From Leptogorgia sarmentosa (Eukaryota): a DNA stretch of 64,000 nucleotides. Below the pieces are notes generated by a model, which did no database searches, had not been told where the DNA came from, and was given only the letters and a program-made list of their open reading frames with translations. Shown here in pieces: positions 9,536 through 24,500 of this stretch (position 1 is the stretch's first letter; every line of letters starts with the position of its first letter). The stretch spans positions 11,098,001 to 11,162,000 of the forward strand of contig OZ210885.1 of assembly GCA_964658305.1 (NCBI GenBank). The letters run 5' to 3'. The translations under genes were made by a program, and so were the position numbers.

Positions 9536-12500
9536 CTAAAAGTGTGATTTAAATTTTTAAATCTGTTAAGTTAAGGCAATGTTACGCGAGGCAATTTTTG
9601 TGATCACTTTTCGATTGATAGCCATGTTTTATAATTTTATAGTGGCTGTTTGAACGAAAGATTTTGATCGCATATCATACCCAATGTTCTTTTATTCCGA
9701 GGCAATTTTCGGTACAACGTGAGACGTATTTTAAATTGGATGTACAGCCATTTTCACTAATCGCCATGTCACGCGAATCAATATTGCCATCACATGATTT
9801 TGGATTGTTAGCCGTGTTATCTAACGGTTACGTTATACAGAATAATTATTTTGCCATTACGAACAAATTACCTGACGCGCTTCCCCTCACCGACGGGAGA
9901 GGTAACAAATTATGCATAACATTAACTAGAAATGAACGCATTCAGCACCTATCGCTTTAATAACCAAATATGTTTTCAGAACATGAAGTATTTGTGGATT
10001 GTCTCGGGAAGCACGACAAGTTCTATTTAATCATCATAAATAAATTCTTTAACACTTTCAGATTTTTTAACATGCCATGTTTATAAGGAAATATAGACAC
10101 AGTAACCTGCGATTTACGTGCACAAATTTCTCAGCAAGTTTCGTGTAAATGACACAGGTTTAAATCAGACGTTTCTTTCCAAGGGGCGGTATAAACTGTC
10201 TGTCGTACTATCCAGGGGCAGAGTTTGTGAGGGACGAGGAAATTGTTCACTCCTTCAAAATCCATCTCCACAATGTCAATGTACTAACAATAAAGTAGCT
10301 ATAAAATTAACATGTTTCTACGCTTTTTTGCGGCAAATTAACTTAGAAAATCAAACACGCAAGAATATTTTATTTATGTTCGATCGACACCCTCACTCCA
10401 CAATTTTTTGCATCTCTCAGTGAAAAACATGAAAATCCGTCCCTGGTAATAAATGTGACCGATACAGCCGACACAAAATTAAAAACCTATGCAGACTAAA
10501 CTGAGTAATGCTCAAACTTTTCCCGCGAATAATTTGCAGATAACATAGTTTCACGTCTAACGGGAGGTGAGGTGTTACCGTGAGATTACGTCTACGCAGT
10601 TGAAGGCGGGGTGTCATCTACTGTGCTTCTTGTTAGGACAGGTTTATGGATGTAACATAAAAAGTCTGATGAACTGTTTTAATTTTTTCTTGTAACTTTT
10701 GATAATTTCGTCACAGAACGCGCCGATGGCTGAGATTATATTCACATATTTTATGCTTTGAAAGGCTTTTAATTGCAATAATCTTGCGTACAGTAGCTTG
10801 ACGTTGCGTGCTTGGTTGCATGAATCTTAGACGGGAATTTTGCTGGCAGCGCTAGAGACAGAGCAAATTTTGTTCCTAGTTAATATGATGTTTCTTTGAT
10901 AACGACCGAAGGAATTAAGCGAAGGAATAGGTGAGCTAGAAAAATCATTGTCATACCGCGAGTAAAATTTCGGACTTCGTTCTGTATTGTATGTTCAGGC
11001 AGTTTCTACCACTGTAACATGCTGCACCGTTTTTGTTTTACAACTCTTGATGAATTTGAGTAGAATTTCCAACAGGCCTATGAAGCTAATAGAGAGGCTA
11101 AGATAGCCCGGATACGGTTTACTGGCACGGCTGCATTTCCCCTTCCAGTACCCGTAAACCAGAACCGGGGTATCGTCACCTCTCAAATAACCACAGCTGG
11201 CCCAGGTTGTTCGCGCCCGCCTGAAAATTACTAAAAATAATAGGATGGAGACATTGCGACCAGACGAGGCATATGTCACACAAACTATCCTCGATTTTTT
11301 GCATTTAAATATATCGCTTTCCAAATTAATCGATGTTCCCAGCAAGAAGGATCCCGTGTAACTATCAAAATAATGATGTTTTATCAAATAGCGTAAATTC
11401 GCTCCAAAATTCTCGAAGGAATGACAAAATTCGGCCAATATACAGGGTGTATAAAAAAAACGCAATCCTACGTTCAAATGCAATTTTCATAACGAAAAGT
11501 ATTAGAAAATAGGCTATATTTACCACCGTTAGAAAGCTCTATCATTCCCGCTTTCTTACGACTGCTTGTTTGTTAAATTTGAGTTGGAAATGAGCGAGTA
11601 ATGATATTTTTAGTAAGTGTGATTGGACAATTTAAAATTTGAGATAGCTTGAATTTATTAAAAATTTAACTTTAGTTGGTTACAATCATTCAACGTGGCC
11701 TGGCTTTCTCACCACACACAAATCACTTCGACGTTGCATTTCCCGTGCAACTCTTCTTATTAGTTCATGATTTCCATGTAAAGCATCTGCTTCAAACTGT
11801 ATCTGCCGGTATTTAAGTACGTTACGCCAAACGGTCGTCGAATTTGGGACTTGTCGATCCGGGAAAGCTATTCGAAACAATCTTAAAACTTCCTGAATAC
11901 TTTTTGTTACAAAGTAACCTTCAACAATAAAAATTATTTCTGCTGTAGTGAGCTGTGGCATGAAGCCTAAGACTTTAAAATTATTTCGCGAAAATATTTC
12001 AAACAAGATATTCGCATGCAACGATAACGTCCCCTTCGGAATTAAGAACGTCGAATTCGAAGCATCTAAAAATGACTGCTTGCAGTAAATCACTTATTTT
12101 GAAGTCCTAAATGGCCTAAAAAGTCACAATCGACCACTTATTGAGTAGAAAAAAGATAGGGCTAAAACAAGAACTAAAAGTTAAGACATGGAAATCTATA
12201 TTATTTTGGTTATAAAGCCTTAAACATGGATTGCGTTTTTTTTTATACACCCTGTATATCCGCGTACCCGCTTTGCTGTGCGATAAACCGGACGTCGTTG
12301 AGCTATACTCACTAAATTCAAACCTGATTGGCCCGCGAATATTTAACAGTTATTCTGCGAACTCGAGTCGTATATGCTATTTCGGCAATTTCAGATTCAT
12401 TTCAGAATCTTATTAAAATAAATGCACAATATACCTTCCTTTGGAACTTAATTAAGATTTCGCTGAAATCAAGCATAAAATAAGGACAATGTACTCAATT

Positions 12501-15500
12501 AAATTGTTAGCTACACGTTCGTTATATTTATAGTTTACAAATCGCAATAACTGCGGCCAAAACGCAGGAAGTAAAATGTGCTTGCCTAAAACATCAAAGG
12601 TTCCGACGTCAAATTATCCATAAACCTACACCGATGTACCTATTAATCAAGAAGCAAGTTTGTAACACCGTCGACGACAAAAGGCACGCACATTGTAAGA
12701 CTCCGGTGCACGGCTATGCCTACGCAGGGAGGTTAAAGAGGCTTTCTTAGGGCCAGTTTATATGATCCCACTCACCCGGGATTCAATGAAGCGCAAAATG
12801 ATTTTGAGGTATTGAAATGAGTCATAATTTATGATTTCAAGAAATGCTAAACTGCTGGTTGCCTAAGATTTTGTTCTGCTGAAATATCAAACTGGCAAAA
12901 TGTTGTTGGGCATCAATTTTTGTAAAATATATCTTTTTTGGTGATTTGTGCTAAAAGTGTCCTAACTTTGGTTGTTTCGTTTCATGAACTTTACTCATTT
13001 CAATACCTCAAAATCATTTGACGCTTCATTGAATCCCGGTTAAGAGGGATCGTATAAACAGGCCCTTAAAGTGCAAGCTTGACTTTGCGTGCTGTACGTC
13101 ACATGTAGGCTCTATGTTGATCACATTTAAAGTGTGCCACGCTGTAATCTTAGAGGTCACTGATATGATGAATGGCCTCAAGTCTCGCCCGGTGATGCTT
13201 TGCATCAGTGTAGCGATAAATAATTTGATAACACAACATTGTCACGACCTTTTATTACGCGTTTGGTGGAGTTATCGTGGGCGTTGGAGTTTACGACGAC
13301 AATTCGATTTGTGCAACAGCAGCGGCAACAAGTGCCCGCACAGAATGTTGAAGAGTTAAGGGCCGATAACATGGAGCATTTTCAACCCCGGGGTTTAAGT
13401 CAGCCCTGTTGACAGGGGTTGAAAATGCCTGCACGTGAATGTTTTTTTTCTATATAGTTTCCCAATTTTATTCACTCGAACCCTTCAGCTAATACTCCAT
13501 GAATTACGCGATCACACCTTGTGCAATTGAGATTAGAAAATAAAATAATAACAATGAAATTATTTACCTGATATAGCCACCAGGTTGCCAGAATTGTTAA
13601 TCCTTAAAACTTTCTCTGTATAGGAACGACTGATGCTTTCTCCCTCGGTGCCGTTCAAGTTCCACTTTGTGATTTCCTCTGCAGCTTCAGTAGTAAATGC
13701 CTTATGAGCACAAAAAAGAGAGTTGTGGACCACGCGAATTGTTAGGATTCTCCCCAAGAAGATGTATTCGTAACTATGCACGACTCCCTTTGTATTTACC
13801 TGATCAATCTGTCAAAATGATCAAAAAACTGCTCAATATAATGTCCTTCCATTAAATATTTTCTCGCCAGTTCACAAAATGTTATTCAGTTATAAATGAA
13901 TACATTATTATGAAAATTATAAATTTTGAATTCTTAATTCCGATTCGGACGCGTAATTGTTAGAATCGCAATTCTTGAATTTATTTTACATAATATAGGT
14001 ATTTTAAGTGAATGAAGGCAAGGGAGTAAATCATGGAGGGGGGAGGGGGATGAAACATGTGACCTACTTTTTCGGCTGAGGGGATGGATGTGTTATCCCC
14101 TCACTTTTTAACAGTAAAGTCATATTAGCTGATGAATGTCTCGATATTCTTGCATTAAATGAGACAAGATTAGATAATACTATAAATAATCAAGCTATGT
14201 GCATAAGTAATTATGATCTTATTAGGGTTGATCGTTCTAGAACAGGGGGAGGCGTCTTCTTATTTGTGAAAACTTCCCTTAACTATTTAGAACGAAAAGA
14301 TCTGACTAGAGATAATCTTGAAGCTGTATGTGTTGAGATCCGTAAACCTTCCACTGCACCATTTATCGTTGGTACTATTTACAGACCTCCAGGTGCTTCT
14401 GTTGACTCTTTTGCCACAATTGAGCAATTGGTACAAACAATAGATGACGAAAACAAGGAATTTTATATACTCGGTGACTTAAATGCTAACTTGCTAGACA
14501 CCTCAAACAATGCCACAAAGAATTTAAACTCAATCATGGAATTATTTATCACTTATTTACTGAGACCGAGGGAAACATTGTGTTTTGTGGCCCCGAGACC
14601 GCCGTTGTTGCCCGAGGCGAAGCCGAGGGCAACAACGGCGGTCTCGGGGCCACAAAACACACAATGTTTCTCGAGGTTTCAGTAAATAAGTGTTTTGTTA
14701 TATAGTTTAGTGTCAAAATATGAATGAATTCACCGGTTTAATACTGGAGTGAACTTTGAAAACAAAAAACAGTGACAGCAGTCGACATTTTACTAAATTT
14801 CAAAACATCGTACGATTGAATGAACTTTGGACTTCACGGTTGACGCGCATGCGCATTGTGCCCATTTAATTGTTGCCCGGTCAATAATTTTTTTATTTTT
14901 GACCGTTTGGCGAACATGACGTTTTGTGGACCGGCACGTGATACGGTTTTGTCCAATCAGCAAACAGGAAAATTGAACTTTGACACCAACTATATAACAA
15001 TAACACTTATTGACTGGGTCCAAGGGAAACAGTGTGTTTTGTGGACCCGAGACCGTCGGGTCCACAAAACACACTGGTTTCCCGAGGGCGCAGTCAATAA
15101 GTGCTTTATTATATACCAATCGTCAAAGAAACAACAAAATAAAAGCGGAACAAGTGAACAAAAATGTACGAAATATTTTATTCTTAAAATGTTAAATTAA
15201 ATTAAAGCATTAGCAGGTCGTCCAAAGGTCGCGTCTTCACGTGGTGGCGCACGTGATTTTTGTTGTTGTTCACCGGTGAATAACGTATTATCTCCCTCAC
15301 TTCGTGATGCGAGGAAGACAGTCTAATTTCGTACTCTGATACGCTCTCGACTGATACGCTCTCGACAAGAAAAGGGAAACTTTGACGATTAATATATAAT
15401 AATAAACAATTATTGGATGAGGCTGAGCATGATATCAAGAATTATTATTACAAGCGCTGGATATGAGCTATTCTGCAATCTGATTGGTTCTCTACTAGCA

Positions 15501-18500
15501 GGATATTTATCATTTATAGACCCGGAGCGAGGGGGATTCGGCGTAATATTTCCCGAAGTGATGATATTTTCCGAGGGGCTCTGCCCCGAGGAAAATATCA
15601 TTACTGAGGGAAATATCGCCGAATCCCCCGAGCGAAGGGTCTATAAATGATATATTATACCAAACAAAACATTTCTGCATCTTTGTTTTCAAGAAGTCTA
15701 TTTATTTTGACTTAAACAACATAAAATTTTCCCGCCATATTGCTGGAATCGTGCTTGTTGTCTCGCGTGGTTGACATGAATAATATTCCACCCCATATTT
15801 CCCGGTGAATATGGGGTGGAATATTGTCAAAAGGAACGCAGGCTCGCAAAATGATGACGTAAGGCTTGATATCGTGTTTAATTTCATGCTCACGTGTCGC
15901 AAACTGGGCTTTCTCATTGGACAATTTGAAATTGAGGTATAATATTTATCATTTATAGACCCGAAGCGAGGGGGATTCGGCGTAATATTTCCCGAAGTGA
16001 TGATATTTTCCGAGGGGCTTTGCCCCGAGGAAAATATCATAACTGAGGGAAATATCGCTGAATCCCCCGAGTGGAGGGTCTATAAATGATATATTATACC
16101 GAAAAATATGCCCCAGAAAAAAATAGCACTACATGGACATATTGTGGTTGAATTATTTAATCAAAACTGCATGTATAATGGCAAACGTTATTTACGAATA
16201 TCATGATCAAAGTTATTTACGAATAAAAAATCCAATAAGTTAAGTTCACATATATAAACATCGAGTGTCGTTCATCTAATATTCGTTTGATTTCTTCGTC
16301 GCTTTCTGCCTCTGTGCTCTCCGCCATCGCCGCCATTTCGACTTAAACAACATGAAATTTTCCCGCCATATTGCTCGAGTCGTGCGTGTTGTCTCGCGTG
16401 GTTGACACGAATAATATTCCACCCCATATTTCCCGGTGAATATGGGGTGGAATATTGTCAAAAGGAACGCAGGCTCGCAAAATGATGACGTAAGGCTTGA
16501 TATAGTGTTTAATTTCATGCTCACGTGTCGCAAATTGGGCTTTCTCATTGGACAATTTGAAATTGAGGTATAACATTTATCATTTATAGACCCGAAGCGA
16601 GGGGGATTCGGCGTAATATTTCCCGAAGTGATGATATTTTCCGAGGGGCTTTGCCCCGAGGAAAATATCATAACTGAGGGAAATATCGCCGAATCCCCCG
16701 AGCGGAGGGTCTATAAATGATATATTATACCGAAAAATATGCCCCAGAAAAAAATAGCACTACATGGACATATTGTGGTTGAATTATTTAATCAAAACTG
16801 CATGTATAATGGCAAACGTTATTTACGAATATCATGATCAAAGTTATTTACGAATAAAAAATCCAATAAGTTCAGTTCACACATATAAACATCGAGTGTC
16901 GTTCATCTAATATTCGTTGGATTTCTTCGTCGCTTTCTGCCTCTGTGCTCTCCGCCATCGCCGCCATTTCGACTTAAACAACATGAAATTTTCCCGCCAT
17001 ATTGCTCGAGTCGTGCGTGTTGTCTCGCGTGGTTGACACGAATAATATTCCACCCCATATTTCCCGGTGAATATGGGGTGGAATATTGTCAAAAGGAACG
17101 CAGGCTCGCAAAATGATGACGTAAGGCTTGATATTGTGTTTAATTTCATGCTCACGTGTCGCAAACTGGGCTTTCTCATTGGACAATTTGAAATTGAGGT
17201 ATAATATTAGCTCATATCCTGCTAGTACAGAAATGTAAACAAAATGGCTGAAAGAGCGAAGCCGGAATTCAAGTGTTCAACAGTTAAAAACGTCTTTGCG
17301 ACCGATTAAAAGAATAAAATTCAAGAAGTTTAGTTGTAAATGTTTATTGTGCAGTTTTGAATCTGGAAAACCGGACTCAACGCTGTAAAATTCATCGCTT
17401 GACTGAGTTGGATCGCTTGTTGCTGTTTGTTGACATTTTACAACGGTGAAATTTGTGTTGTAGCTACTTTCAAATGCAGAAAAATACAGATGAAAACTGC
17501 TGAAATTTAAAACTAGCTATAGTTTAAACGAAACGTCGACTATTTTAATTCCGTACCGTTTTTTATTAGTCGCACCCGGAATACCAATCTATCATAATCA
17601 GAGAGGCCGCAGAAGCATTTAGATTGTGTAGTGGCACTGTGGCATTGACGAAAGGGAAACTTTCGTATATGACCAAAATCAAATTTTATATGGCCCAGAA
17701 AACTGTAGCCCAGAAAAAAGGCCCTTTATAATTTTTTACTTTAAAAAGGGGGGGGGGGACATGCCCCTATTGCTCCTCTGTTCCGCGGCCCATGACTTCA
17801 TAACTACATAAAATTAATGATGAAGTAAAAATGTAATAAGTTTCACAACAATGCCATAATCAGCGCCGGATTAACCCATCATTGGGCCGGGGACAAACAA
17901 AAAGTAAAGAGCCGTAATTTGGCGAATATGAAAAAACATGAAACATATATGTAATCAAATTGAAAGTCTTGTCCATTATATCGTCAAGAACTATAATATG
18001 CATGAACATAGGGAATAGCGTTTTAACGTGAAAGTGGCATTTACCAGCTACTTCGACATTAACTTAAGTGAATCTAGTATTTCTTGTTCAATGCTAAGCA
18101 TAAGCGTACGGGCCCGAATTTGAGGGTAGCGAATGTCACGAGGCGCCACCATGGTTGGCGCCGAGCGAGAAATTTTTGAACTTTAACAACCTCTGGATTG
18201 CCGGAAACGGCGATTTCAGAGTCCTAACTCCACTTTCTTGGTACGCTCGTTCAGGTGAACGACTGGAGTATTGTTGACATTACCTTATTCCTCAGATTTT
18301 TGCCCGAATTATCTCAAAGTCAGTGCCCGAATTTTGAAGTTTGCAATCTTATCGTTGAAGTTTGCAATCTTATCGTTGAAGTTTGCAATCTTATCGTTGT
18401 CTATAGGGTGCACACTGAGACGAACGGGCGATGTCCGAAAACTGGATTTTGCGTTCTTTCCTGCGTGATTACCGATTAATTTATGCATAATTTGATATTT

Positions 18501-21500
18501 GCATTAATTACCAATGCAAATTGCAAGCTAATTCCCAAAGGTCCGTAATTACGCGAAAAAATTGTGGAAAATCCAGTTTTCGGACATCGCGCGTTCGTCT
18601 CAGCGTGCACCAAATTTCTCAAAACTTGAATAGCTTGTATATCATACTCCATATTTTCATGCGATTAAATCAAATTGTGTGAAGAAAACTTATTTTTTCC
18701 GCGCAAGCCGTTTTTAATGGGCCTTTCAGTAACCACATTTCCCATTCTAAAAAAGTTTGTTTTTAAAATAAACTTAGTGCTAGATATACCAGAAGGTGTT
18801 AAACTACCCAGGCTAACCGAAAGTTTTTTGAAATTTTGAGCGCTCGTTAGTTTAGAGAATGTTTTTCATCAGTAAACTTTTTTTTGATACACCCTGTAGA
18901 ACTTCCTGGCTTTCAATTGACCAATTTTTAATCAAAATTTATGTTTTTTCGAAACCCCACACAATTTTTTATACATTGTTTTTCTTGGGCCGGTAAATAA
19001 GCTTTTGAGCTGGGGCCGGGGGCAAATGCCACCATTGCCCCCTAGATAATCCGGCACTGGCCATAATAGCTATTGTTTATTGCGGCAGCAATTGTATATG
19101 TTCACTAACGTTTCCACGTAATGAAAACGCCATTCATGCAGACATGACAAATGTCACAAATTTATTCTTCGGTTAGTTTTCATAAACCATATATCAACTA
19201 GCATGTCTATGTCCACACTGTCAGTAATATCTTTTTCGCTGGTAAATGCTACAATTTACGTTATTATCCACACAGATAAAAATTACCAGATTTAAAGTTT
19301 CTAAGGGTTTTTTGAGAGAATTAAGTCAATTATTGACCAAATACAAACAATAAAAATAAAATACGCATATCTTACGCATAGACATATTACAGAGGTAACA
19401 AACCGAAAAAGATTTACCGATTTACGATTTTTAAATTGTTATCCATGTAAATGCCATGATTTCGTAAATCAGTTTATACTGAATCTTTCTGTAATATTTT
19501 CTCTGTTTAAAAATTAAGATTTCGTTATACTTTTATTTCCGTAATTTTCCGAATGGCCAACCCGACTTTCCGAATATGTTAATTCTAGAAAAGTTGGGGG
19601 GGGGGGGTTAGCCACCCCCCCCCCCCCCCAATACCCCCCCTCGCTACGGCCCTGTCCGTAACTGTTGTTTTTTCCGTGCTTTTTGGCGTGTGTTTATCAA
19701 GTAAAACTGTTTAAATTTGTAAATATGTCGATTTCAAAGCGATAGAACACTTTGAAATTATATTCAGTTATTAAGTAAAATACAAATAGATTTGGAAGTT
19801 GTTTTCGTCCAGTGCTTGTGTACATAATAAAACAGTTATTCTGGTCACTCTCGTCGTATATGACGAGATATCAGCGCATATACGACGAGAGTGAGCAAAA
19901 TAACTGTTAAATATCATGTTCAGCCTCATCCAAAATTTGTTTATTATCGCAAACGATAAACACACCCACCCGTGTTACTATGACCTCATCCTCCCTATTA
20001 GACGTCTGTCTTACTCCTACTCCAACTAGGTTAATAACATCACAAGTAATTCCGATTGCTATTAGTGATCATTACATAATTTTCGTTGTTCGTAAAATAA
20101 ATATCCAGCGCAAACAAAACAATCATAAGAAAGTCAAAATTCGAAATTTAAAATATTCGCTGAGAGTTTCCAAGCTGACCTACGTGGTCAGGAATGGGAA
20201 TCATTAGATAGCAATTTATGCGTTGACGAGATGTGGAGCACATGCAAAATTCTTTTCTTAAATATTCTTGACAGGCACGCCCCAATTAGGGAAATGAGAG
20301 TCAAAAGTAAGCCAAATGTTCCTTGGCTCACTAGCACCATTAAAAAACAAATCCGCTAACGCGATCGCCTGAAATCTCTTGCTATTAGACATAATTACTA
20401 CTGGATAACTACTGGAACGCATATAAAATCCTTAGGAACCTCGCAACAGATGCATTACGAGAAACAAAAGCAGCATACTATAAAGGAGAATTTGAGAAAG
20501 TCGAACATGACCCCAAGCAAGAATGGAAAACTGTGAATAAAATCCTAAACCGTAAACAAGAAAGTAGAGAAATAAATTGCCTTGAAACACAGAGAGGACA
20601 AATCTCACATGCAGCAGAGTTAGCAGAGTGCTTTAATAATTATTTCACTGATATTCGCCCAAATATTGCCAAAAATATCGATTCCGGTGACAGAAATTTC
20701 AAAGAATACTACACGACAACATCCAGTAGTTTTAATTTTCAAACAGTGTCTGAATCGAATGTATACAGACTTCTGTTATCTCTAAATCCTCGTAAATCTA
20801 CCGGAATCGACAAAATCACTGCTAAAATTATTCGCATTGCTGCTACTGTAATTACAAATTCATTGACAAAAATTTTCAACATTGCCATTATAAGTGCAAC
20901 TGTTCCTTCCGAATGGAAAATCGCAAGAGTCACTCCCATAATTAAAAACGGCCCACGAAACCAATTAAACAACTACCGCCCGATTTCTATCCTCCCTGTA
21001 GTAAGTAAACTTTTTGAAAAAGCATTATGTGAACAACTGCAAGAGTATCTTGATAGACAGGAGTTGTTGTCTCCCCGTCAATTTGGTTTTAGGCAGTTTC
21101 ATTCTACAGCCTCTGCTCTTTTAGATAGCACAAATGATTGGTTCATTAATATGGACCGTGGTCTGTTTAATATAGCTCTTTTTCTGGACCTGCAAAAAGC
21201 GTTCGACACCATAAATCACGATATCCTCTTAGCGAAACTTAATCTTTATGGCCTACAGAAGCCATCATTAAACCTTTCAGAATCCTATACTTAACGAATA
21301 GAACCCAAATATGCTCCGTTAATGGCGCTCTCTCTGGCACGAAGTTGGTTACATGCGGAATCCCCCAAGGCTCAATTCTTGGCCCACTCTTATTTTTAAT
21401 CTATGTAAATGATCTGCCTAACAGCTTGCAGTACTTGTCGACAAGAAAGTTTGCCGACGACACGGCTCTAACTGTATCTGGCAAATCAATTCAAGATGTA

Positions 21501-24500
21501 GAGGTGGCCATAAACCATGACCTTACCAAAGTCAAACAATGGCTTTCTGCAAATAGATTATCTCTTAATCTTGTCAAAACTGAGTACCTATTAATAGGAT
21601 CACGGTACAACATAAATAATTTACTTGCTGCTCCAAACGTATTTGTTGGTGATACACCAATTAAAAGGGTCAAAGTAACAAAAGCACTTGAAGTTCATAT
21701 TGATGAGTTCCTATCATGGGATAAGCATATTGATAAAATTGCTAAGAAGATCTCATCCGGCATTGGGGCGATCAGAAAGCTAAAATCTTGTGTGGATCAC
21801 AATACATTAATGTGTGCTTATAATGCACTTTTATTATATAGTACACAGTGAGATACTGAAAAATACACAGTGAGATATTTTCCATATCTTCACTAGTGAA
21901 GATATCGATCACGTGATCATTTCCCGCCAAAAAATTGTTTTCAAAATGGCAACGTTCGTCTAAGAGTGGCGAACCAATTTTTGTCTTTGTTCCATGAAAA
22001 TACATCAATCGATAAAATGAAATTGTCGATAAAATGAAAATACTACAACAAAAGACTAAAATGATGCCCCGGTATTCTTTGAACTTGGATAATTTGATGT
22101 ATTTCGTTGAAAAATTTAGCATTATCGATCCAAAATTAATATTACCGACTGGCTTTTACGACTTACTATATAATAAAAAGAACATTACACGGCGGTTTGA
22201 AGATATGAATTTTATCTTCTCGTGGTGAAATGATATTTTACTCATTCGCTGCGCTCATTCGTAAAATATTGCTTTCACCACTCGAAGATAAAATTCATAT
22301 CTTCGCACCGCTGTGTAATAACCTCTATTTATTTTTTTCCGGTCCGTAACTCCCGGGTCCGTAAACTAAATAGAGCTTTCTGATTGGTTGCCGAGCGGTC
22401 CGTAACCTACTTTACGGACCGCTCGCATGCATTCTCGTAGATTTAATACAAATATAGTCAATGTTTTTGTTTTTTAAAACTGAATGGCCGCTTATTAAAA
22501 TATTCAAAACGAATTTAGGCGATAAAGAACACATGAAAGTCCATTTTATTATGCTACGGGATATTTTAGGGGGTATTTACAGCGACAAAAACAAAAGACA
22601 AAAGTCTCGTCAGTATCAACAAAACAAAACAAAACATTCTCGGCGAAATATTTCGGTGTCTAAAGCGTTTTTTAACCATGTTTCTATCGTGAAACGACCG
22701 GGAAAATAAATAATCTTAAAAAGTTTACCTTTTTCATCGTAATGTTGAGCGGAAATGCGTGAATATGGAAGAAAATGCGTCAATATTGAAGGGTTTTTCC
22801 TCACTTCGTCTTGGCTGTTTAGCAGCCATACTTGCGATAGAGTAGCAAAGTAAACAAACAAACTGATCTCAAAATCTAGTTCGCAACACTGGAATTTTTG
22901 ACGAATTTTATCATAACATCGAGGGAAAAAAATAAATAAGTTATTTACCATTTAGGTCGGTCCGTACTGGAAAATATTTTGTCTCGGTCTCAAAAACGTC
23001 CCTCGGCCTTCGGCCTCGGGCCGTTTTTGAGACCTCGACAAAATATTTTCCAGTACGGACCTCCCAGCTGGTAAATAACATATATTTATTTTTTTTCGGT
23101 CCGTAACTCCCGGTCCGTAACCTAAATACAGCTTTCTGATTGGTTGCCGAGCGGTCCGTAACCTACTTTACGGACCGCTCGCATGCATTCTCGTAGATTT
23201 AATACAAATATAGTCAATGTTTTTGTTTTTTAAAACTGAATGGCCGCTTATTAAAATATTCAAAACGAATTTAGGCGATAAAGAACACATGAAAGTCCAT
23301 TTTATTATGCTACGGGATATTTTAGGGGGTATTTACAGCGACAAAAACAAAAGACAAAAGTCTCGTCAGTATCAACAAAACAAAACAAAACATTCTCGGC
23401 GAAATATTTCGGTGTCTAAAGCGTATTTTAACCATGTTTCTATCGTGAAACGACCGGGAAAATAAATAATCTTAACAAGTTTACCTTTTTCATCGTAATG
23501 TTGAGTGGAAATGCGTGAATATGGAAGAAAATGCGTCAATATTGAAGGGTTTTTCCTCACTTCGGCTTGGCTGTTTAGCAGCCATACTTGCGATAGAGTA
23601 GCAAAGTAAACAAACAAACTGATCTCAAAATCTAGTTCGCAACACTGGAATTTTTGACGAATTTTATCATAACATCGAGGAGAAAAAAAATAAATAAGTT
23701 ATTTACCATTTAGGTCGGTCCGTACTGGAAAATATTTTGTCTCGGTCTCAAAAACGTCCCTCGGCCTTCGGTCTCGGGCCGTTTTTGAGACTTCGAGAAA
23801 ATATTTTCCAGTACGGACCTCCCAGCTGGTAAATAACATATATATATTACCACACCTAGACTATTGTTGCGAAGTTTGGGGTACCATTGGCGTACACTTT
23901 CTGATCGACTCCAGAAACTACAAAATAGGGCAGCTAGAGTTATTACTGGCTGTAAAAATGAACACGGGCAATCTGAAATTGCTCTGGACGAATTGAAATG
24001 GAAACCTTTAAATGAGCGCAGAGCACATTTCGTAGCAAGTCTTATGTATAAAATAACTCACGAATTAGCGCCAAAACGACAAATCGATCTTTTTCAAGCG
24101 ACGCCTTCCTCTTATTACTACAATGCGCCTCTTCCACCAAACTCTTTTTGCCCAAACCTAAGACTGAATATCTTAAAAAAGTCTCAGCTACAGAGAAGCA
24201 AAATTGTGGAATAGCCTTCCAGATGAAGCAAGAAATATATGTTATTTACCGGCTGGGAGGTCCGGATAGAAAAATATTTTGTCGAGGTCTCAAAAACGGC
24301 CCGAGGCCGAAGGCCGAGGGACGTTTTTGAGACCGAGACAAAATATTTTTCTATCCGGACCGACCTAAACGGTAAATAACGGATTTATTTTTTTGCTGCG
24401 CAATGCTATGATCAAATTGATAAGAAATTCCAGTGTAGCGAACTAGATTTGAGATCAGTTGTGTTTGTTTACTTTGTTACTCCATCGCAAGTATGGCTGC

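Noticed and set aside
15410..17186. Repeated ORFs ([14 protein letters not shown]..., MSNEKAQF...)
   Set aside because: They recur only because the DNA unit is tandemly repeated; both strands are open across palindromes and there are no domain motifs.
22461..23617. Duplicated 82-aa ORFs
   Set aside because: By-products of the 757-bp non-coding dimer.
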